Below are positions 57,707 to 64,000 of a stretch of DNA of 64,000 nt, in pieces (the first letter of the stretch is position 1; the number at the start of each line of letters is the position of its first letter). Position numbers and translations under genes: made by a program. Below the pieces are notes generated by a model that made no database searches, was not told where the DNA came from, and saw only the letters and a program-made list of their open reading frames with translations. Source of the DNA: Candidatus Poribacteria bacterium (GTDB lineage: Bacteria; Poribacteria; WGA-4E; WGA-3G); the NCBI GenBank assembly GCA_009841255.1, contig VXMD01000035.1, forward strand, positions 4,453 through 68,452, written 5' to 3'.

Positions 57707-57970
57707 GTGAACGAAAATGTATTTGATGGATTTGCTGTGAAGGTGTTTCTTGATGAAGATGGGGATTATTTGGCTCATTTTGTCGAGATGCCGAACGTGT
57801 CAGCATTTGCAAATACGCCTGAGGATGCCTTGAAAGAACGCGCTGTGGCTTGGCAAGGTGTTAAAGAGAGTTATCGCAAACATAGCGAACTTATACCGCA
57901 AGCATCCCTACTGAGAACGGAAGGAAACTCTCTCAATATCCCTGAAGAATCGCAGCATGAATCGCAGTGA
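57707..57970 (+). CDS. hicB: HicB-family antitoxin (copy 1)
   Basis: NVFDGFAVKVFLDEDGDYLAHFVEMPNVSAFANTPEDAL is the UPF0150/HicB pattern. It has a GTG start with an AAGGAGA ribosome-binding site, and it overlaps the hicA start. Confidence 0.6.
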   Translation: MNENVFDGFAVKVFLDEDGDYLAHFVEMPNVSAFANTPEDALKERAVAWQGVKESYRKHSELIPQASLLRTEGNSLNIPEESQHESQ

Positions 57971-58205
57971 AGCCTTGCTACACAAGGCGCGACGAAATCC
58001 GAATGGCTTGAAATTCAGAGAGTTTGAACGACTTATGCGTCGGTATGGTTGGACACAGCGCCGCCAACGTGGGAGTCACCGAACTTGGTACTCACCGGAG
58101 GGATACAGGATCATTGTTCAACCTGAGCGCTCGATGGCAAAGGGCTACCAAGTTCGACAATTTCTTAGACAATACAACAAGGAAGCAGCAAATGAAAACG
58201 AATAA
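57957..58205 (+). CDS. hicA: HicA-family toxin (mRNA interferase)
   Basis: The 82-aa sequence LKFREFERLMRRYGWTQRRQRGSHRTWYSPEGYRIIVQPE is the HicA pattern. Confidence 0.7.
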   Translation: MNRSEALLHKARRNPNGLKFREFERLMRRYGWTQRRQRGSHRTWYSPEGYRIIVQPERSMAKGYQVRQFLRQYNKEAANENE

Positions 58206-58599
58206 CCACGACGATTTTGACGGATTCATGATTAATGTATTCTTTGATGAAGATGGTGATTATCTGGCACATCTCGTGGAACTTCCCAATGTCTCTGCTT
58301 TCGGTGCGACGCCTTCCGAGGCACTGACTGAATTGAAAACCGCTTGGGAGTTGATGAAAGAATGTTATCAAGCGGATGGTGAACCTTTGCCACAAGCTCC
58401 CTCGCGCAAAGGTTACGAAGGTCCGCTCAATATCCCTGTTGATGCTCAATTGTATCATGCCTTGGCAGACGAAGCAGCAAAGTCTGGAATGAGCCTTTAC
58501 GCACTTGTAGCACAAAAACTGTCTGAACCAGTCTCAGCCGATGGTAACAGGAACCACTTGTCAAGAAAACTCAACTCAAAATCCCTATCCGAACCATAG
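58192..58599 (+). CDS. hicB: HicB-family antitoxin (copy 2, extended C-terminus)
   Basis: FDGFMINVFFDEDGDYLAHLVELPNVSAFGATPSEAL is nearly identical to the N-domain of copy 1. The ATG at 58192 overlaps the hicA stop. Confidence 0.6.
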   Translation: MKTNNHDDFDGFMINVFFDEDGDYLAHLVELPNVSAFGATPSEALTELKTAWELMKECYQADGEPLPQAPSRKGYEGPLNIPVDAQLYHALADEAAKSGMSLYALVAQKLSEPVSADGNRNHLSRKLNSKSLSEP

Positions 58600-58682
58600 A
58601 ATAATTGGTGTTAGGCAATCTAACGAAAAGAATGAGTTTACTCATAAGTGATTGGCAGTGGAAAAATAAATAAAAAAACGCG

Positions 58683-59348
58683 ATGGTTGCGTTTGTTATC
58701 GATGTGGATTTGATAAAAAATCTGCATATTCATCATATTTTGCCTATTAAAAGAAATTTCAATCGTATTGAGGATACCATTGTAAAAAATCCTCTAATCA
58801 TTGTTGAGTGTAAAGCCTTAGGAAACAAGGGAGATGGTATTGAACAGTTGAAGGGTTACTTATGTGCAAGAGATACGCCTTTCGGTATATTGGCAGTAGG
58901 TCCCAAACAAGGTAATTGGAAATATCATAAGAACCATGGCGGCTACAAATTTGAAACGCTTTCTCCTCGTAAAACTTTTGAAACTCAAGTTACTGACCGA
59001 GTAAATAGTGAAGCGACTGTGGCAGGAAAAATTGAAGAACGTGTTAATCAAGCAATAGAAAAGCAGAAGAACAAATTGCAAGCAGATTTCCAGAAGAGAG
59101 TAACAGATTTGGAGGATAATCAGCAAAAGCAGAAGAACAAACTTGAACAAAAACTCAGATTCGAATACAAAAATAATGAAACAAACTTGCAAGCAGATTT
59201 CCAGAAGAGAGTAACAGATTTGGAGGGTAATCAGCAAAAGTTGCTGAATGAAGCCCGAAAAGATAGTTTCAAAAATGGATTTTGGGCCGGTGCTATTAGC
59301 ATTGTTGTTCTAGTTATTGTAGTTGCAATTGCTGCCTCATGCGGTTAA
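58683..59348 (+). CDS. PD-(D/E)xK (HsdR_N/Mrr-like) N-terminal domain protein with a tandem-repeat coiled coil and a C-terminal transmembrane anchor
   Basis: NPLIIVECK is a nuclease-like core. The 21-aa unit KQKNKLQADFQKRVTDLE(D/G)NQQ occurs twice. There is a C-terminal hydrophobic helix. Confidence 0.45.
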   Translation: MVAFVIDVDLIKNLHIHHILPIKRNFNRIEDTIVKNPLIIVECKALGNKGDGIEQLKGYLCARDTPFGILAVGPKQGNWKYHKNHGGYKFETLSPRKTFETQVTDRVNSEATVAGKIEERVNQAIEKQKNKLQADFQKRVTDLEDNQQKQKNKLEQKLRFEYKNNETNLQADFQKRVTDLEGNQQKLLNEARKDSFKNGFWAGAISIVVLVIVVAIAASCG

Positions 59349-59441
59349 AAAGTTAACTGTGGTAAACCGAAAAAATAAATCGACATCTTAATATGTCTAT
59401 AGTCGTAGATAATGTTCTGTCTGGTACTCCAATAGAGGGCT

Positions 59442-60080
59442 ATGTCTGAGAATTGTCCAAAACTTGATATAATAATGAGTTATAGCAATTTCACCTTAGA
59501 ATCAGCATTAGCGGCGTTTCAATTGGAAAAGGCTGAATCCGCAGGCACCTTTTCTGAAGTAGAGCCAATTTCTCCAAGTGACTATCTCACAATTGGATTG
59601 GCGAAAAAAGTTCCCTTGGCAGCCGCTATCGGAACCGAAAAGGCACGCTCCGAACTCATTGTCGCTGACGTACTGGTTGAACTCCGGGAAAAATTCAACT
59701 ACCGTATCAGTTTTTTCTCAGGAATTGACTTTAATGTCGATCTGGAAAGCGACTTAACAGGAGTTTGTGATTTTTTAGTGAGTCTGTCACCAGGACAACT
59801 TTTTTTAGAGGCCCCCATCATCGTTCTTGTTGAAACGAAGAAAGACGATCCCAAACTCGGACTTGGGCAGTGTGTTGCCGAGATGATCGCTGCCCAACGT
59901 TTTAACGCTGAAAAGGGTAATGACATCCCATCTGTTTATGGGGTTGCCACGACGGGTACAGAATGGCAATTCCTCAAATTAGCGGAAAAGCGTCTACAGA
60001 TTGATATGGAAATTTATCCGATCCAGCAGTGCGACAAAATCCTCGGTATCCTCTCCAGTATGGTTGCCCAAAAAGCATGA
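59442..60080 (+). CDS. Hypothetical PD-(D/E)xK-like protein
   Basis: GVCDFLVS...APIIVLVETKKDD matches the D...E.K core arrangement. Confidence 0.4.
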   Translation: MSENCPKLDIIMSYSNFTLESALAAFQLEKAESAGTFSEVEPISPSDYLTIGLAKKVPLAAAIGTEKARSELIVADVLVELREKFNYRISFFSGIDFNVDLESDLTGVCDFLVSLSPGQLFLEAPIIVLVETKKDDPKLGLGQCVAEMIAAQRFNAEKGNDIPSVYGVATTGTEWQFLKLAEKRLQIDMEIYPIQQCDKILGILSSMVAQKA

Positions 60081-60113
60081 CGCTCCCCCAATGACACAGC
60101 GCGGATCCTCGTT

Positions 60114-61433
60114 TTACGCCCAAAATTTGTCTGGCAACAGTCGATGCACCGTATCAATCACCAGCTGCTCAACCCCTGGCGCGAATCGGGTCGGTGGGCC
60201 AAAATAGAGCATCGCGCCACCACCTTCATAGCCGCCCTCGGCTAACACCCGCTCCGACGGAATATAGCACGGAAACGCGTTTGAATACGCACCCACCCAC
60301 AGTCTTTCAGCATCTAACTCACTTTTCAGACGCAGCGAATAATCGACAACCACCTCGCTCGCAAGGAAAACAATGGCGAGTTCCTCGCCGAATCGCCACG
60401 CTTGTACCGGATAGGAAAGTTCCGTCTGCAAGGGCAGTCCTTTCTGAAGGCGTTCGAGATGCTTTTGGGCGTGATAGGCATCGTGACCACCTCCCGCCAC
60501 ACGTGCCTCCCACTCTTCACGGGTCGGTAGTGTGTCAAAAGGCAGATTAACCCTTTCAAAAACTCCCGTCGGGACGTTAGAGATCGGTTTCGAGTCTCTT
60601 TTCAGGAGCCGCTGAACCTCCTCTGAGAGTGCTTCTCCGTGTGCTTGTGCATACGCAAGACGGGTACTGAAGACCTCTTCTTCTCCATCCGGCATCGGCA
60701 TCATCCGCGATTCAGGATTCGCATCGGCACCGCATCCGATGGAGATGAGAGCGGTTACGCCGGGGAGTGCCTCTTGGATCGCTTCTTGTGCAAATCCTGC
60801 CCAGTCTCCACAGATATGATTGTCTGTGCCTGCCAACGTCGTGCAATGGCAGGCGTAACTTGCCCACACGGCGCGGAGGGTGCCGTCCATACTTGTGATT
60901 TGCATACACGGTAACGAATGGTCTACCGGTCCGCCTTCAGTGCGCCGATTTTTTGCGAAATTGAGTTCACCGATGCTCCAATGCAAACGTGAGGGTTCAC
61001 GGTTCGCAAGTGCCTCCAATGCCACGGCTTCCATCCAGTCCTTAAATTGCGCGGTGTACCGATCTATCGTTTTCTGCTGCTCGGGGGGTATATCCGAACT
61101 AAACAGGAAAGGCGCGGCGTTTGTTAGGCAGGGAGCACTGTGTGTATGTGTAAAGCACGCCGCGAAATGTGCACGTGAGATGCCTGTCTTCTCCTTGATC
61201 CGGTCGGATACTTCTTCGGTCAATTCATCCGGTAAGCCGCAATTTTCGACCGTCACTAAGACGACGGGTTCATCTGCATCACCGCCGATAGCGAGTGCCT
61301 TCGCCCATATCTGCTGGATGATACCGTCGGATTCCGCCCTCCGACTCCCGTAACCACTCAGTCGAATTGGATAATCTGGCGTAATATCTACTTCAGCGAC
61401 ACCAACCTGAATAACGTTATTTCTATCTGCCAT
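60114..61433 (-). CDS. Neutral/alkaline-ceramidase-like hydrolase (putative)
   Basis: VGVAEVDITPDYPIRLSGYG resembles the ceramidase N-terminal domain. Confidence 0.5.
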   Translation of the reverse strand: MADRNNVIQVGVAEVDITPDYPIRLSGYGSRRAESDGIIQQIWAKALAIGGDADEPVVLVTVENCGLPDELTEEVSDRIKEKTGISRAHFAACFTHTHSAPCLTNAAPFLFSSDIPPEQQKTIDRYTAQFKDWMEAVALEALANREPSRLHWSIGELNFAKNRRTEGGPVDHSLPCMQITSMDGTLRAVWASYACHCTTLAGTDNHICGDWAGFAQEAIQEALPGVTALISIGCGADANPESRMMPMPDGEEEVFSTRLAYAQAHGEALSEEVQRLLKRDSKPISNVPTGVFERVNLPFDTLPTREEWEARVAGGGHDAYHAQKHLERLQKGLPLQTELSYPVQAWRFGEELAIVFLASEVVVDYSLRLKSELDAERLWVGAYSNAFPCYIPSERVLAEGGYEGGGAMLYFGPPTRFAPGVEQLVIDTVHRLLPDKFWA

Positions 61434-61452
61434 GTGAGGTTACCTCCTTGCA

Positions 61453-62619
61453 TTAGAAGCATAAGGTGAATGCGAATAGATGTCTGTAGAATTCATAGGT
61501 GAAATCTTCGAGCATCAGGGTGTATTCTAGATACGTCGTTCCAAGCCTGAGTCCCGTACCGACTGAAAAATCGGAAGTTGCATGTGTACGTCTCGTGCCG
61601 ATTCGGAGTGCTACAGTTTTCGGGACCGGACTGAGCCATGTTTTCTGAAATTCGCTGCCAACGGCAAAATTTATTCCCTTTTGCCCAAAGTCCCGCCAAA
61701 GATCTGCTGCGACTGTAATCCATTCCAAGGGTTCATAAGCGATACCGATGCCGGCTCGGAAAGGCAGAGGTTCCACCAAATCTGCGCGCAGGAGATTTTC
61801 AAAGAGGACGCCTACCAGCAGCGGTGGGTTCGCCTGCGCTGTATCAAACCATATCCGACGTTGAAACCCGATGTCCAGTTCGAATCGGTTGACTGTTCTC
61901 TCAAGCGTCGGTTGTCGTTCGTGGACGATGTCCCGGACTCTGTCTCCAAATTGAAGTTCTTCAACGATTGCCTGAATCAGTTCTTCGGGTGCGCCTACAT
62001 CTACTTCGGGTCCGTGACGTGCTTCCAAATTTAAAGTCGAAATCGCCGTTCCGCGCTTTACAACTTGTCTCAACAATCTAAGCCGCAGACCCGCAGCGGA
62101 TTTTCCCAGTTCGCGGCTGAATCCTATGACCCAACTCCTGTCTTGGCGTAAGTCGTAGCGTGTGAACAGATCCGTTGTGGCGGAAAATTGACGCGAGTTT
62201 CGATTGTATTCCGCACGGGTGCTTTCAAGTGTGAAGTTCGCAAAATTTGTAAATCTCGCAGTATACCCAACACTCGCACCCCATTTACCAAATGTGTGTG
62301 AATAGTAGAGCGTTGGCGAAATGTCGGCATTGGCTTCGGCAACAAATTGTATAGTGCCGTGTTTCGGGAGTTATGTCCAGTGAATATTTTAAGCGGTAAT
62401 ACCGAGTGCGAGGTTGTGGTGCTTTACATGCACAAGCGCTGCTGGATTCCCAAATATGCCTCCGTCCTCTGCGGACGTTGCGATACGAGTGCCGCCCATT
62501 CCAGCAATGCGTAGCATCTCATTCGCCATACTCAGCGGTGGTCCCACAGTGGCTGAGAAGCAAAGTGCTAAGAAGAGAGTACTGAAGTAGGACCAGCGTG
62601 CTCTACTGTGAATCCACAC
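61453..62619 (-). pseudogene. Outer-membrane beta-barrel protein gene interrupted by two in-frame TAA codons (62389-62391 and 62371-62373)
   Basis: The signal-peptide segment (62619-62392) and the beta-barrel body, which ends in a C-terminal Phe, are in one continuous frame apart from ...ALGITA*NIHWT*LPKHG.... The body has no start codon of its own. Confidence 0.5.
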
Positions 62620-63523
62620 GCATCACCTCAGCGAAAATATCTTCTAACGTATGTTTCACCCCTCGGAGCTGACGCACCTGGACCCCTGTCTCATGCGCAA
62701 GTTTGAAGAAGAATGTTGTTTCTGTCTGCTCCTGACTGTCAGACGTAACCCGCAGGCGTTTATCGGGATGGAGTTCAACCTGAAAGTTGTGGTGTTCCAA
62801 AGCGGTGATATAAGCTTCATTGTCCCCCACAATCTTCAAATCAAAAGAGTGTCCTTTGTTCTCTTTGAGTGCGTGTATCTGTCCTTGAATAGCGACACTA
62901 CCGTGTGATAGTGCAACAATCTCTTGACATGCGAACTCCACATCCGGGAGCAGATGCGAGGATAAGATGACGTTGATGTTTTTGTCGATTGCTATGTCCT
63001 TGACGAGTTCGAGCATCTCTTCTCTACCGCTTGTATCCATTCCGTTTGTGGGTTCGTCGAGAAGGAGTAGCTTCGGGTCATGGACCAGTGCCTGTGCTAA
63101 CTTTACACGCTGTTTCATGCCTGTGGAGTATCCGTCTACGGTTCGATAGCGTTCTTCGTCTAAACCGACGTAATAGAGGACCTCGTGTGCGCGTTGCAAC
63201 GCATCTCGTCTCGGCATTCCACAGAGTTCTCCGGCATAGGAGACGAATTGGACGGCGTTCATACCCGGAATTAAGCATTCGTCCTCCGGCATGTACCCAA
63301 CTTGTTGCCGAATTTCCAACGCATCCGTCTGCACATCCAGCCCGAATACAGTGGCTGTGCCTTGGTTGGGTTTCAGGAAGCCGAGGAGTGTTTTTATTAA
63401 AGTACTTTTGCCCGCGCCGTTGGGTCCGAGTAAACCGACAGCACCGCCCTGGACTCGCAGTGAAAGGTTATCTAATGCGGTCGTCGTGCCAAATAAAAGT
63501 GAGACATTTTTTACTTCAATCAT
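62603..63523 (-). CDS. ABC transporter ATP-binding protein (ABC-2/GldA-like)
   Basis: It has the Walker A motif GPNGAGKSTL, the signature YSTGMKQRVKLAQAL and the Walker B motif LLLDEPTNGMD. Confidence 0.9.
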   Translation of the reverse strand: MIEVKNVSLLFGTTTALDNLSLRVQGGAVGLLGPNGAGKSTLIKTLLGFLKPNQGTATVFGLDVQTDALEIRQQVGYMPEDECLIPGMNAVQFVSYAGELCGMPRRDALQRAHEVLYYVGLDEERYRTVDGYSTGMKQRVKLAQALVHDPKLLLLDEPTNGMDTSGREEMLELVKDIAIDKNINVILSSHLLPDVEFACQEIVALSHGSVAIQGQIHALKENKGHSFDLKIVGDNEAYITALEHHNFQVELHPDKRLRVTSDSQEQTETTFFFKLAHETGVQVRQLRGVKHTLEDIFAEVMRVDSQ

Positions 63524-63552
63524 TATTTAAGTCATTGAGTTTCCGACAGGAT

Positions 63553-64000
63553 TTAGTGTTCGTTCTTATGATTAACAGGACGAAAGGTTCTTTTTACACG
63601 GGTACTTATCTGCGTTAGGATTTCATAAGAAATAGTTCCGGCACGCTGAGCAATTTCATCAACCGTAATTTCCGCGTTTCCCTGTTTCCCGATCAGCACG
63701 ACTGCGTCCCCGATAGATATCTTGTCTGCAGGTTCCAGTTGCACCACACTCACGTCCATGCAAACCCTTCCGATAATCGGACGGCGCATCCCATTAATCA
63801 ACACCTCACCGATACCAGATAGCGAGCGCGGATACCCGTCACCATAGCCTATCTGCACCATTGCCACGCCGGTTTGATTAGGTGCTTTATAGGTCAATCC
63901 GTAGCTTACACCTTCCCCTTCTGAAATAGAGCCTATCCAACCGATACGCGCCTTCCATGTCAGGGTAGGTTTGAGTGTGACAGGTTTTTCAGATGCAGGA
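63553..64000 (-). CDS. alr: Alanine racemase, C-terminal part (the gene continues past the right window edge)
   Basis: GRVCMDVSVV...GDAVVLIG.QG...ITVDEIA..AGTISYEILTQISTRVKR is the Alr C-terminal beta-domain. The frame stays open to 64000. Confidence 0.8.
   Translation of the reverse strand, partial: PASEKPVTLKPTLTWKARIGWIGSISEGEGVSYGLTYKAPNQTGVAMVQIGYGDGYPRSLSGIGEVLINGMRRPIIGRVCMDVSVVQLEPADKISIGDAVVLIGKQGNAEITVDEIAQRAGTISYEILTQISTRVKRTFRPVNHKNEH

Noticed and set aside
61453-62619. A frameshift explanation for the split outer-membrane protein gene
   Set aside because: Retranslation shows that the upstream and downstream parts are in the same frame. The breaks are two in-frame TAA codons and not an indel.
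1-64000. CRISPR arrays, rRNA or tRNA genes
   Set aside because: No spaced direct-repeat arrays were seen and no obvious rRNA segments. tRNAs cannot be excluded by eye, but none of the intergenic regions showed a convincing cloverleaf or GTTCGAATC-type T-arm.

Overview
This 64-kb window reads as a bacterial chromosomal segment of about 50% GC. It mixes housekeeping genes with a dense accessory or defense island. Work was by eye on the sequence and the supplied ORF track; I could not run homology searches or RNA folding.

Housekeeping content includes purC, dapF, dapA, a tRNA-dihydrouridine synthase and the 3' end of alanine racemase. It also has an ABC ATPase with an FtsX-type permease, a lysine 2,3-aminomutase family radical-SAM gene, a cyclophilin, a CoA-transferase and two M16-peptidase-flanking beta-propeller genes.

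The accessory content is as follows.
- At the left edge is a truncated type I restriction-modification hsdM gene next to a MazF-family toxin pair.
- A dndC-dndD-dndE phosphorothioation operon at 29.6-33.4 kb has no recognisable dndB. Two uncharacterised operons flank it:
  - a divergent operon of an unknown 406-aa protein, a PIN-like protein and an AAA+ NTPase;
  - a convergent four-gene operon with a PLD(HKD)-nuclease-SF2-helicase fusion, a 56-aa protein, a second DndD-like SMC/ABC ATPase and a 156-aa protein faintly DndE-like. Every junction in this operon is an ATGA overlap.
- Several toxin-antitoxin loci are present: a PIN/VapC gene with a long partner, a HicB-HicA-HicB triad and a solitary HicB-like gene.
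- Three secreted proteins from two unrelated families share a conserved C-terminal tail, V-x-P-x-x-KLSTTWGDLK.
- A probable selenocysteine-containing AhpD-like gene carries an in-frame TGA where the second Cys of the CxxC redox motif should be.
- A 4x internally repeated protein has QPIVGERHxH and PLCC motifs.
- Two intergenic repeat families were found: GGTAGGTGCGGTTTCTAACCGC hairpins and GTTAACAGTT-type long palindromes.
- An outer-membrane beta-barrel gene is broken by two in-frame TAA codons.
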